Below, piece after piece: positions 20,052-29,852 of a DNA stretch of 64,000 nt (position 1 is its first letter; every line of letters begins with the position of its first letter). This stretch comes from an uncultured Verrucomicrobiae bacterium (GTDB lineage: Bacteria; Verrucomicrobiota; Verrucomicrobiia; Chthoniobacterales; JAFAMB01): contig CAWIPH010000002.1 of the NCBI GenBank assembly GCA_963837955.1, positions 4,928,001-4,992,000 on the forward strand, in the 5' to 3' direction. The notes under the pieces were generated by a model. It saw nothing but the letters and a program-made list of their open reading frames with translations, searched no databases and had not been told where the DNA came from. The translations under genes were made by a program, and so were the position numbers.

Positions 20052-20347
20052 GGGTTTATTAAATAGAATTGTCTCCCACTCGCCTCCCAAACTCAATGAA
20101 GTAGACCTAAAGTAGCTCCACGCGTCGCCATTGTCGCGGTAATCTCGCGTACCATACCGCATGCGCCCGGTATCGACCCCGCTTCCTATTTCCTTTCTAT
20201 GGTTAGTCCGTTGGAAAGGGTTGGTTTTAGCTAGGGGCAGGTACTGATCGGCCGTTTTGCTCAAATAGAAACGACGATAACAGGGATTTAGTGGTTAGAG
20301 ATGCAACATCAAACCGGTCTGAAAAGGGCCGGCTTCATCAGAGTTCC

Positions 20348-21415
20348 TTATTTGCGATCTCCTACAGTTTCACTGGCTTGGACCGCAGGGGCTGGCTCTG
20401 GCGGCGCCCCCTTCACGTCGACCCGAGCTTCGCGAGCTCTTCGGCGAGCGCCCAGGATCTGGTCAAGACTCACGGCGATCATTATGACTCCGCCCATCAC
20501 AACGAATTCCAACGAGCTATCAATACCTTGGAGATTCACAATATTGCGCAGTAATTGAATCATGGCCGTCCCAATAAAAATACCGAGGATGCTGCCTTCA
20601 CCTCCACGTAGGCTGCAACCGCCCAGCACGCATGCGGCAACCGCGTAGAGTTCGAAAAAATTTCCGTGGCTAGCCGGCGAAATTGAGTTCGTATAAAAGC
20701 CGATAAGGATTGCGGAAATCCCTGTCAGCGACGCGCAGAGCACATAGGCGCTTGTCACGACGAGCTTCGTGTTGATTCCGGAGTAAAGGGCCGCCTCCTC
20801 GTTCCGCCCGATCGCATAGAGATATCGGCCATAAACCGAGCCATGCAGCACAATTCCCATGACAATGCACACGACGAGAAAAAGGATGAAAGGCGCCGGC
20901 AGATTAAAGATGCTTCCGGTTGCCAGCGTCCGGAGGAGCTCAAAACCGGTGTTGCTGCCAAACCCGACCGTCTGGTCCGACGAAATAAACCGGGCGAGCC
21001 CTCGATAAGCAAGCAGGCCGCACAAGGTCACAACGAAAGGCTGGAGACGCGCCCGGGAAACCAGGAGTCCGTGAAAGAGACCGATCACCATCGCGAGCAG
21101 AATGATGATAGCTACCGCCAGCGGCCATGGAATGTTATCCGGCCCGACGAGGTATGCTAGAATGACACCCAGCAATGCGAACATTGAACCAACCGAGAGA
21201 TCGATTCCGCCGGTAATGATCACAGTGCCCATCGCAACGCTGAAGATGCCAAATAGTCCGATCGATCTCGTCAGGTTCAAAAGGTTTGCCTGACCAAGAA
21301 AAACCGGGTTCGCAAAGGTCGCTGCCAACCCTCTCTGAGATGCTTCCAACAAAGCGTAGCCGAGGAAGAGCCCCAGGAAGATGACAACCATTCCAAGTTC
21401 TTTCTTTTGCCTCAC
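20348..21415 (-). CDS. Sugar ABC transporter permease (RbsC-like)
   Basis: GGIDLSVGS, GRYLYAIGRNEEAA, ELYAVAACVLGG.SL.GGEG. Confidence 0.93.
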   Translation of the reverse strand: MRQKKELGMVVIFLGLFLGYALLEASQRGLAATFANPVFLGQANLLNLTRSIGLFGIFSVAMGTVIITGGIDLSVGSMFALLGVILAYLVGPDNIPWPLAVAIIILLAMVIGLFHGLLVSRARLQPFVVTLCGLLAYRGLARFISSDQTVGFGSNTGFELLRTLATGSIFNLPAPFILFLVVCIVMGIVLHGSVYGRYLYAIGRNEEAALYSGINTKLVVTSAYVLCASLTGISAILIGFYTNSISPASHGNFFELYAVAACVLGGCSLRGGEGSILGIFIGTAMIQLLRNIVNLQGIDSSLEFVVMGGVIMIAVSLDQILGARRRAREARVDVKGAPPEPAPAVQASETVGDRK

Positions 21416-22968
21416 GGTCGGATATCCTGGTGAGTTGCGTGACCTGACGTCGGCAAATCTTTGTTGGCATGAACAGGTGCAACCGCTAGCCGCATCACCG
21501 CCTCTTCACTGAAGTCTTTAGCTTCTAGAATCCCCACGAGGGCGCCTTCTCGCATTACAGCGATCCGATCGCTGACCCCTAGAACCTCTTCCATGTCGCT
21601 GCTGATCATGAGGATAAACACCCCGCTGTCCGCCAGACTCCTCATCAATCGATAGATCTCCGCTTTGCTGCCGACATCGACGCCACGGGTCGGCTCGTCG
21701 AATATAATAAGCTTCGGGCTCAGCGAAAGCCATTTAGCGAGAACCAGTTTTTGTTGGTTGCCGCCGCTCAAATTTTTGGCCAGAGTTTCGCACGAAGCGG
21801 TTTTGATTGAGAGCCGTTTCCGCTGTTCCTCGGCTGTGCGCAATTCACTTCCGTACGAGATCACACCGAAGTTGGCGTAGCGCCACAGATCAGGGAGTGT
21901 AACGTTTTCCCGGAGTGCCATACTGGTAATTAATCCGTGCTTCCGACGGTCTTCCGGAACCAGATAAATACCGTGCGCGATGGCATCGCGAGGCGAATGA
22001 ATCCGGACGGCTTTCCCATCGATAACGATCTCTCCTCCGAGTGGTCGGACGATCCCAAAGACCGTCATGGCAAGCTCGGAACGGCCAGCGCCAACCAGAC
22101 CTGCCAGGCCGAGAATCTCGCCTTGGCGGATATTTAGGCTGATCGAGTGGCTGGGGAAAAACGGCGAGATTATGTCCCGAAACTCGATCCGCTTTTGCGG
22201 GTCGCCAAGGCGAGTTTCGGTCTTCTTCAGATCGATGTTTCGGCCAACCATGAGCCGGACCATGTTGTCATGATTGATTTCCGACTTTGGGAGCTGGCCC
22301 GAGTTCTTTCCATCCCGGAGACCTACGACGCGATCGGCACAGGCATTAACCTCCATCAGGCGATGGGAAATATAGATAACGCTGACCCCGGCCCTCTTTA
22401 ATTCGGCGATTAAACTAAATAGGCGGTTTGTCTCCGTGAGAGTCAAGGAGGAAGTCGGCTCGTCCATCACGATAATGCGGGCACTGGTCGAGAGCGCCTT
22501 GGCGATTTCGACGAGCTGCTGCTGCGCGATCGAGAGAGAACTGAGAGGGGTCCAGGGAGGAAGATTCAGACCGACTTTTTCAAGGTAACCGCGAGACTGT
22601 TCGGCAATCCTCTTTCGATCCACGAGGCGGAGGAATCCCCCAGAAAGCGGTTCGCGCCCCAAGAAAATGTTTCCGCCAATGTCGAGATTATCGAGATTGT
22701 TTAATTCCTGATGAATGAGGCTGACGCCCAGTTTCTGGGCGTCAGCAACATTACGGATTTGTATCTCTCGCCCATCGACTCGGATGATGCCTTCGTCGGC
22801 CTGGTAGACGCCGCCGAGTATTTTCATCAGCGTCGATTTCCCGGCGCCATTTTCACCGATCAGCGCGACCACCTCGCCGGGAGAAGCCGAAAGGTCGACA
22901 TCACTTAGCGCGACGACGCCCGGGAAACGCTTGCTGATTCCTTTGAGTTCGAGGATGGGTTCCGGCAC
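21412..22968 (-). CDS. Sugar ABC transporter ATP-binding protein (RbsA-like)
   Basis: [21 protein letters not shown]; tandem NBDs. Confidence 0.95.
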   Translation of the reverse strand: MPEPILELKGISKRFPGVVALSDVDLSASPGEVVALIGENGAGKSTLMKILGGVYQADEGIIRVDGREIQIRNVADAQKLGVSLIHQELNNLDNLDIGGNIFLGREPLSGGFLRLVDRKRIAEQSRGYLEKVGLNLPPWTPLSSLSIAQQQLVEIAKALSTSARIIVMDEPTSSLTLTETNRLFSLIAELKRAGVSVIYISHRLMEVNACADRVVGLRDGKNSGQLPKSEINHDNMVRLMVGRNIDLKKTETRLGDPQKRIEFRDIISPFFPSHSISLNIRQGEILGLAGLVGAGRSELAMTVFGIVRPLGGEIVIDGKAVRIHSPRDAIAHGIYLVPEDRRKHGLITSMALRENVTLPDLWRYANFGVISYGSELRTAEEQRKRLSIKTASCETLAKNLSGGNQQKLVLAKWLSLSPKLIIFDEPTRGVDVGSKAEIYRLMRSLADSGVFILMISSDMEEVLGVSDRIAVMREGALVGILEAKDFSEEAVMRLAVAPVHANKDLPTSGHATHQDIRP

Positions 22969-22992
22969 AACGCACGCTGGTTTCTGCCCCGA

Positions 22993-23973
22993 TTAGTGTC
23001 CGCGAAGTTTCTTCAAATTAGCCCAAAACTCGTCGACATTGCTTTTATCGATCGCGCGGGTCGGAACTATGACTTGTTTGTTTTCGGGAATTTGTACGTC
23101 TTCGCTTCGCAACTTCTTGGCGAGGAGCAACGTGGATTGATGACCGAATTCATAAGGATTCTGCACGACTGTTGACTCGACAATTCCGTCTTTGATTCCT
23201 TGAAGCGTGTCGTCTTCTTCGTCGAACGTGACTACCTTCACTTTGCCGGATTTGCCGGCGGTCTTGACAGAGTTGACGATCGCCGGACCGTTATAGCTCC
23301 AGATGCCTACCAGGCAGGCAATATCAGGATATTTAACCAGCGTGTCTGCGACGTTTTGCCTCGCCCGAACTCGGTCCGTATCATCGGTGCGAACATCGAT
23401 GACAGAGACATTGGTCCCCTTCAAAACCTCTTCGAGCCCTTGAATTCTTTCTTTAGCATTCTGGGCGTCACGCTTACCGACGAAGATCATTATCTTGCCC
23501 CCATCCGGGATTGCCTTCTTTATCAGTCCGCCGGCCTGGCGACCCGCGTCGACATTACTGGTACCGACATAGAATGCTCGTTTGCTCGTCGCCGCATCGC
23601 TGTCAGTTGTTGAGATCAATGCCTTCTCGGTGCCGCGGTCGATCATTGCGGCTTGGTTTGCGGAATCAAGCGGACTTATAGCGATTCCGTCAGTCCCTTT
23701 GACCAGAAGATCATCAAAGATTCGAGTTTGCTCGGCGGGTGTCCCGTCAGGCACGAGCCGCACCTCGACGCTCACGTTTGGTACTTCTTGCGTCGCTTTC
23801 TCAGCTCCGGCCTTAACGTAAGTCCAGAAATCCGAGGCGCTGTTGGCAAGAATCGCGAGTTTAAGTGGTTTATCCGCTGCGGCGCATTGCGCGTTGGATA
23901 AGACGAATACCGGGCAAACGGCGAGCAGAAACGCAAAGAGCGGTTTTAGTTTTGTCATAGTGGGGGGAAGCAT
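22993..23973 (-). CDS. Sugar ABC transporter substrate-binding protein
   Basis: Signal peptide; RbsB-like fold motifs (SDFW, DGIAISP, VVQNPYEFG). Confidence 0.92.
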   Translation of the reverse strand: MLPPTMTKLKPLFAFLLAVCPVFVLSNAQCAAADKPLKLAILANSASDFWTYVKAGAEKATQEVPNVSVEVRLVPDGTPAEQTRIFDDLLVKGTDGIAISPLDSANQAAMIDRGTEKALISTTDSDAATSKRAFYVGTSNVDAGRQAGGLIKKAIPDGGKIMIFVGKRDAQNAKERIQGLEEVLKGTNVSVIDVRTDDTDRVRARQNVADTLVKYPDIACLVGIWSYNGPAIVNSVKTAGKSGKVKVVTFDEEDDTLQGIKDGIVESTVVQNPYEFGHQSTLLLAKKLRSEDVQIPENKQVIVPTRAIDKSNVDEFWANLKKLRGH

Positions 23974-24309
23974 TAAGTCAGGCTGGTGGGCATCCGAGAT
24001 GTTCGGAATCCAGACGAGCCAAACGCGGCTCGCCCGGCCACTCGGTATCCTAGATAGTCGAGAGAACTTCTGCGTGCGAGATAAATATTCGCGGCCTGGC
24101 CAACTGTTCGATCATGTTTATTTCACGGATCAAAAAAAATCTGAAGGGCTCCATCCGGCGCAAACGCCAACTGTTTGGGTTGGTTCAGTGAGATGTTCTC
24201 GCCTGGAACTCATGTGAAACGGGGCGATGGCAATCCGCAGACTCCATTTCAGGAGGCCATATCATCACTCCATTAGCCTCCCCGACTTAGCGAGGGCTCA
24301 AGCGCCCCA

Positions 24310-24414
24310 ATGAGCAAATTCATTTTCCTCATGTTGCCCTTCCTGTTTTCGGGATGTGCTACCCCGCAGATTCAGCCGTTAACGGCTTCCTTTAACGCGG
24401 TGACGTGGGACTAA
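24310..24414 (+). CDS. Putative 34-aa lipoprotein (below ORF-track cutoff)
   Basis: MSKFIFLMLPFLFSGCATPQIQPLTASFNAVTWD*: basic N-terminus, hydrophobic core, lipobox FSG-C. Confidence 0.45.
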   Translation: MSKFIFLMLPFLFSGCATPQIQPLTASFNAVTWD

Positions 24415-24468
24415 GGTCCTATAGCGCGACCAGGCGGCGGGCGATAGCCTACCCGGAACTTAGCGCAA

Positions 24469-25503
24469 ATGAATCGCATCAATAACACCGACGGACGCGC
24501 GGCGCGCCGCGCCCGGCTCACCAATGGGCTCGTGAATAATGAAGCCAAGTGGCTGGTCCCCAGCGGCTGCGGAGTGCAGCGGAAAATCAGCCGACGAGTC
24601 AAACCTCTGGCTAGTTGGGTCGCAACATGCGTTTTGCTTTTCAGTCCGTGCGTTCCGGTTCACGCAGGATTGCTAAAAGGGGATGTCGACTTCTCGAACT
24701 ATGATGCGCCGTTATTGCAGCAGATCGTCAACCGCATCAAGGCCAAGGTTGCAGCGCGCTTGGGGGAGGGCGTAAATAAACAGGACCGCTATTTTATTGT
24801 TCCTTTCGCTTACCAAAACAGATGGAATAACCCAAAGGTTTCGCACACGTTCATCTCGGTGATACGCGTGCTGGCCGACGGTAAGCAGCCCAGCCTCACA
24901 TCGGGATTCAGACGAGGGAGATACAAGAACCGAGATTTTGAAGCATTTACAATCAGCTGGTTGCCTCACGATTTTGATACTAATCCGCACCTGTGCGTTT
25001 TCGATGGCGTCGGCAGCCGCATTGTTCCGAAATGGAACAAATGTCCTGTCTCCGTCGGGAGAAGCTTCAAGCTGGAGGAGACGCTGAAGCTCGCGGTGGA
25101 TGACAAAAATGCCGTCGGCATGTGGGGACCCTACGAGATCAGGAAAGAGGCGTTTGATCTTGCCGTGAAACGGAAGCGGTTGCTCGACGGCGGAACTATC
25201 GGTTATAAAGCCGATGACCGCCTTTCTCGCAAGGATCGAGTCGCGATCAATTGTTTCCATGCGATCGCGGGGCTGGAAGAACTTTACCCTAACGGTGGAT
25301 TTCTTGGGACGGGATTTAGGATGTGGGGCATCAATGGCACCGCGCGAGTTCTGATCGAATACACCAAGAAGGTTCGTGACAAAGGCCTGATCCTCGAGCC
25401 GGTCGATATCAAGAAAGACCTCTACGGATTTGTGTACGCCCCCGAGCGGAACAGCCGTGGCCTCTTTGATCCTTTCCCGAACGCATCTGCGTACCATCAG
25501 TAA
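24469..25503 (+). CDS. Secreted hypothetical protein (true start probably downstream of 24469)
   Basis: Long ORF; signal-like segment ..WVATCVLLFSPCVPVHA; SHTF, FTISWLP, WGPYEI, INCFHAI motifs. Confidence 0.75.
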   Translation: MNRINNTDGRAARRARLTNGLVNNEAKWLVPSGCGVQRKISRRVKPLASWVATCVLLFSPCVPVHAGLLKGDVDFSNYDAPLLQQIVNRIKAKVAARLGEGVNKQDRYFIVPFAYQNRWNNPKVSHTFISVIRVLADGKQPSLTSGFRRGRYKNRDFEAFTISWLPHDFDTNPHLCVFDGVGSRIVPKWNKCPVSVGRSFKLEETLKLAVDDKNAVGMWGPYEIRKEAFDLAVKRKRLLDGGTIGYKADDRLSRKDRVAINCFHAIAGLEELYPNGGFLGTGFRMWGINGTARVLIEYTKKVRDKGLILEPVDIKKDLYGFVYAPERNSRGLFDPFPNASAYHQ

Positions 25504-25674
25504 TTAAACTGAGGATTCGGTCTTTCCTTGCCAGGCCCCCTTCGCGCCTTGGTCCGAACCTCGACAAGCGCCGGGCCGCATGGCGGCGGGGAACAACATT
25601 TACCTCGACGGATTGAGGACCAAAGCTGCCCGCCCCACGCCGCGCTGTCGAAAGAGCGCAGCTGCCCCTAAGCC

Positions 25675-26949
25675 TCAACGAGCGCCGACCCGGTCTGCTC
25701 CGCGTCTTTCCAAGAGTCGCGTCATATAGGCTTTCTCCAGCAGCTCGAATTGCTGGGCCGCCGCCTGTCCCGATAAAGAGAGATCCGGCTCCAACCCGTC
25801 ACCCATGCGCTCGATCTGCATACAGAACCATGGCACGAGATGGAAAACTTCGAGGGTCGCTTCCGGTGTGGGCGCCTTTTCGACCTCTCCGGCAATCAGC
25901 CGCCGGGCCACGGAAGGATCAGCTATGATCGGACGGCCAATTCCGATGAGGTCGAGTTCCTCTTTCTCCAGGGCTCCGACCATGCCACTCGCCGTTCTGA
26001 ACCCGCCGGTGACCATGACCGGCATGCGGGCCACAGCGCGGACGGCGCCCGCGAACTCGATGAAGTAAGCTTCCCGCTTGATGGTGCTTTCCGGCAGTCT
26101 GTCTTCGCCTTCGTCCTTGACAGATATACCGACGACCTTGGGCTGTTCCAGCGAGCCTCCAGATAATTCCAGCAAATCGAGCGTAGAGTCATTCAACCTG
26201 CGAACAAGCTCGATGCATTCGGCGTTGGTGAAGCCGCCCTTTTGGAAATCGGAGGAGTTCAATTTGATGCCGATCGGAAAATCAGAACCTACAGCGCCTC
26301 GAACTGCCTCTATGATCGCGAGCAGAAACCGCGATCGGCTCTCCAGTGGCCCTCCCCAGCGGTCGGTTCGACGATTGGAAAGCGGGCTGAGGAATTGCGA
26401 GATCAGATATCCGTGGGCGGCATGCAACTGGACGCCCGTGAAACCTGCGCGCCGGGCATATCGCGCTGCAAGAGCGAACTGATGGATGGTGTGGTCGATG
26501 TCCGCTTCCGTCATCTCACGGGGCTTGGCGAAGGTATAACCAAGACCGCGCGGCACATCGATATCCACCGCGGATGGTGAGAGCGGCGCGGGATTAATCG
26601 CGTCGCTGACTTGGCGTCCGCTATGACTGAGCTGAGCCCAGAAGTGGCTTCCGCCCGCCTTCCCCGCGGTAGCCACAGCGGCTAAAGCGGGCAAACCGGC
26701 CTCATCGTCGAGCACGACATTGCTCGGCCGCTCCAGATGCCACCGGTCGACTTGAAAGTTGCCGGTGAAAAGCAACCCCGCGCCGGAATTCGCCCAACGC
26801 CGATAGAGCGCTTCGAGCCGTGGCGTCGCATGATTGTTAGGATCGGCCAGCCCCTCGCTCATCGCCGCTTTTGCCAGGCGGTTCGGTAAGGTTGCGCCGC
26901 AACGAAGGTTCAGTGGAGTGTCGAGAATAGTCGTCATGTCAATGCTCAT
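25675..26949 (-). CDS. NADH:flavin oxidoreductase / old yellow enzyme family
   Basis: LPNRLAKAAMSE, QLHAAHGYLISQFLSP..N.RTD.WGG, KLNSSDFQKGG, TGGFR. Confidence 0.95.
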   Translation of the reverse strand: MSIDMTTILDTPLNLRCGATLPNRLAKAAMSEGLADPNNHATPRLEALYRRWANSGAGLLFTGNFQVDRWHLERPSNVVLDDEAGLPALAAVATAGKAGGSHFWAQLSHSGRQVSDAINPAPLSPSAVDIDVPRGLGYTFAKPREMTEADIDHTIHQFALAARYARRAGFTGVQLHAAHGYLISQFLSPLSNRRTDRWGGPLESRSRFLLAIIEAVRGAVGSDFPIGIKLNSSDFQKGGFTNAECIELVRRLNDSTLDLLELSGGSLEQPKVVGISVKDEGEDRLPESTIKREAYFIEFAGAVRAVARMPVMVTGGFRTASGMVGALEKEELDLIGIGRPIIADPSVARRLIAGEVEKAPTPEATLEVFHLVPWFCMQIERMGDGLEPDLSLSGQAAAQQFELLEKAYMTRLLERRGADRVGAR

Positions 26950-26965
26950 GTCTGTTGGGCACAAT

Positions 26966-27001
26966 AAATACCGAACGATTTTTAAATATCAAATGGTATT
27001 T
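26966..27001. promoter_or_regulatory. Two tandem putative TetR operators upstream of the OYE gene
   Basis: AAATACCGAACGATTTTT and AAATATCAAATGGTATTT; consensus AAATACC-N4-GGTATTT; related site at 27344-27361 upstream of tetR. Confidence 0.6.
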
Positions 27002-27395
27002 CAATTCATGTCTGGATCGAAGCGTAGATTCCTGGCCATCCTGTGGAACACGATCCAGGGCATCGCGACACCGGCCACGACTGGTTCGAACCAATTTGCT
27101 TGCTTTCTCTTTTCGCCGACCTGGCGCCTGTTCACCCGTTCATCACGGACTGTCCCGCGAAGGTATTGGTCCGCCATCTGGCCCTAATAAAAGACGTCAG
27201 TTATGCATGAACTAGTGATTCCAGACGGACGCGGAAGAAGCCGGAACGAATGCCGGGAACGAGATGTTGAGCGCGACAATGGAAGAGAGCGTGCGGGCGA
27301 ATGGGCGTGATTGTGCTGGTAGGGCTCGCGGATGAAGCATCCGAGCACCCATTCGGTACTTGAGTAATAATGGTATCCAAATTACAAAAAGTATC

Positions 27396-28055
27396 ATGGA
27401 CAAGCGGATCAGGCTCACCCGCGCAGAAAGCCACGCTCAGACTCGCGAGCGGTTGCTTGTTGCTGCGCGACAGGTTTTCGCCCGACATGGCTTTGGTGGC
27501 GCCTCCGTTGACATGATCGCCGCTGAAGCTGGCTACTCCAAGGGGGCCATCTACTCGAACTTCGAGACAAAGGAAGCGATCCTGTTCGAGTTGCTCGAGC
27601 GGTATGCCGAGGAGCAGATCGCCGACTTCAAGGCGATCATGCAACTCGACCCCGAAGCGACCCGCGACGCCTCCAACAAATGGCTCGATACAATGAACGC
27701 CGATGTGGATTGGGATGTTGTGACTATGGAGCTTCAACTCCATGCACGACGCAATCCGGAGTTTGCGGAGCGCTTCTACGCGCTGGAAGAGCGGCTCACC
27801 AATTTCTACGCCGACATCATCGCGGAGCGGTTCGCTCAGGCGGGACGCAAGCCTCCTCTTGATGCGCGATCCCTTTCGCTCGCCTTTCGCACGCTCGCTT
27901 GCAGTCTGAACTTGAAAATACCACGGTCAATGCCCGGTCGCGCCAACGAAGCCGGTCGTATAATTCATGAATTGATCGACCTGCTGCTTGAGTCCGACAG
28001 CGGGATGTCAGACTCTGCGCCGAGGAAGACGAAGGGTAAGGCGCACTCAAAGTAG
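27396..28055 (+). CDS. TetR/AcrR family regulator
   Basis: TRERLL.AA..VFARHGF.GASVD.IAAEAGYSKGAIYSNF..KE. Confidence 0.95.
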   Translation: MDKRIRLTRAESHAQTRERLLVAARQVFARHGFGGASVDMIAAEAGYSKGAIYSNFETKEAILFELLERYAEEQIADFKAIMQLDPEATRDASNKWLDTMNADVDWDVVTMELQLHARRNPEFAERFYALEERLTNFYADIIAERFAQAGRKPPLDARSLSLAFRTLACSLNLKIPRSMPGRANEAGRIIHELIDLLLESDSGMSDSAPRKTKGKAHSK

Positions 28056-28187
28056 CCGACGGAAAATGCGCACGATAGACGGTTCCTGAACAAGCGGGGC
28101 CTCGCTTGCAGTGTTGATGACCGCCAGCTCGGTGTCCCTTTCGGCCAAAGCTTTGTGGATGAGGCGAACTTTGCCGACCAACTGCGG

Positions 28188-28667
28188 TCAGAGCTCAATC
28201 CACTCGGTGAATAAAGCCGCTACTCCGTTGCGCCGGGATTTCAGTTGGTCGTAGTAATCCGACCACTGGCTAATTTTCCCATTCTTTATCCGCACGACCG
28301 ATATGCCTTGTACGCAAATTGGTACTTTTCGCAGACGCCCGCCCAGAAAAGGTTCAGCCTGGGTGGCCGTAAGCGTCCATTCACTAATGACGTGGTCTCC
28401 GCTGCTGAAGATGCTGTTGTCCCTTCTTTCGGAATCGGGGAAGCGTTCACGTATCTTTACCAAGAATTCGGTCAAGCGCTCCTTGTCTTTAAAATCGAGT
28501 CCGAGCGCGTGGTCGGTGAATGTGAATTGGTCGTTAAACTGATCTACGACTTCAACAAAGTTGCCCACTCTCCAGGCTGCTAAAGCGGTTTGCAGAATCC
28601 GGTCAGAGGTAGTCACTTCAACCGAAGCATTATCAAAAACGGTACTGTGTGTGTTCATTGCATTCAT
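28188..28667 (-). CDS. SnoaL/NTF2-like protein
   Basis: F.F.DHALG...GD.VISEW...GISVVRIKNGKI..WSDYYD. Confidence 0.85.
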   Translation of the reverse strand: MNAMNTHSTVFDNASVEVTTSDRILQTALAAWRVGNFVEVVDQFNDQFTFTDHALGLDFKDKERLTEFLVKIRERFPDSERRDNSIFSSGDHVISEWTLTATQAEPFLGGRLRKVPICVQGISVVRIKNGKISQWSDYYDQLKSRRNGVAALFTEWIEL

Positions 28668-29025
28668 TGGTCTTCATAAATCTGCGTTCTCCCGCAGACA
28701 TTCATTGAAGACGTTGTGATTCTCTTGGAGCTTCCTGCGGTTCTTTGGTAGAAAACTGCTCTCAGAACAAACGAAGGCTTTGAACGGCTCGGCGCTGACC
28801 CGGGCCGTGGCAGACCGCGAACAAGATAGCCGGAACTGTTCGGCTGAGATCAGGACTCGGCGAGCTCAGTCGAGCCGTCGAAGCCAAAGTGATTGGTGAT
28901 TGGGTGAAAATCTCGCTGCAAATCAAGATTCCCACCAGTTCCAGTGCAAAGTGAAGAGGGGGAACTTTCGATGCTTGATTGATTCAGCTAGCCCGCGCTT
29001 ACGTTCGTTTCGCCACAAAACATTC
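28665..29025 (-). repeat. Leader family 1, copy a (upstream of snoaL)
   Basis: 28665-28821 and 28969-29025 align with 31478-31649 and 31658-31709. Confidence 0.9.
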
Positions 29026-29081
29026 GGCGTGTGGTGACCCCATGTTGGCTTCGCTCTTTGCAGAGTTGATCTAACCAAGTG

Positions 29082-29561
29082 CTATTTAACCGCGAGCGGC
29101 TGTCTTTTGTTCTGCGAGGCATTCCGAACGGCGATACCCATCACCTCGAAGTGTGCACCGAAGAGGAGATCCTTCACGCCGATGAAATCGCGGGCAGGAT
29201 AGGGACTCTTTAAAGTTGAGGCATACGCCTTGTTGAAGGCGCCATATAGCTTCAGATCGGTGCAATAGATCTCCACATACACGAGATCGTCCATGCTCAT
29301 ACCGGCCTCTTTCAGCGTCAGCTCGACCGAGTGAAGGACCTGTCGGGCCTCCTCCTCAGGATCGTCTGGAGCTTTGCCGACGGCTGGGTCGACACCCAGA
29401 TGGCCGCTGACGTAAAGAGTATCCCCAAGCTCCAGTCCAGGACTGAAGGGTAGTTTGGCAACGCTTTTGGCAGACATCGTGGTCGGCTGTTGCCCAAGGG
29501 AGACTGTGGGAGTGAGCAACGCAAATATAGAAAGAAGGGGAACAATCAAAAAACGTTTCAA
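29082..29561 (-). CDS. RidA/YjgF/UK114 family protein with signal peptide
   Basis: PFSPG...LYVSGHLG, N.AY, PAR.FIGV..L..GA.FEV; likely TTG start at 29561. Confidence 0.85.
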   Translation of the reverse strand: MKRFLIVPLLSIFALLTPTVSLGQQPTTMSAKSVAKLPFSPGLELGDTLYVSGHLGVDPAVGKAPDDPEEEARQVLHSVELTLKEAGMSMDDLVYVEIYCTDLKLYGAFNKAYASTLKSPYPARDFIGVKDLLFGAHFEVMGIAVRNASQNKRQPLAVK

Positions 29562-29795
29562 CCAATAACTCTCGGTTGATAAAAAGGCGACCCTCGAGGA
29601 ATTCCACGATGCGACGTCTCCTCCCCCGCAGCCAACGTCGAGCGCATGATGGGCGAATGTGAACCGGTCGTTAATCTGATCGGCAACTTCAACCAAGTTG
29701 CCTTGTTTCCATGTTGCTAAAGCGGTTTGCAGAATCCGGAGAGCGGCAGTGGCTTCGGCCGTTTCGTTGTTGAGAACCCGATTGTGGGTGTTCAT
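29562..29795 (-). pseudogene. Chimeric relic: SnoaL N-terminus joined to a SAM-methyltransferase motif I fragment
   Basis: MNTH..RILQTALATW..NDRFTFAHHAL matches the N-terminus of 28188-28667, then LDVGCGGGDVA. Confidence 0.75.
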
Positions 29796-29852
29796 TGCAA
29801 TCTACTCTTTCTTCTGCCGTCTGGTGGTTTCGTCTAACTGTGACGTTTTTGT

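Noticed and set aside
20052..20264. N-terminal extensions in the ORF track (MscS; likewise GMC to 31589, AraC from 31889, aminotransferase from 45539)
   Set aside because: Better downstream starts coincide with signal peptides or domain starts; the extensions cover leader or relic DNA
24712..25497. 261-aa antisense ORF, and other long shadow ORFs such as 40419-41153 and 53299-53907
   Set aside because: Opposite well-supported genes with no recognisable motifs; typical GC-rich shadows
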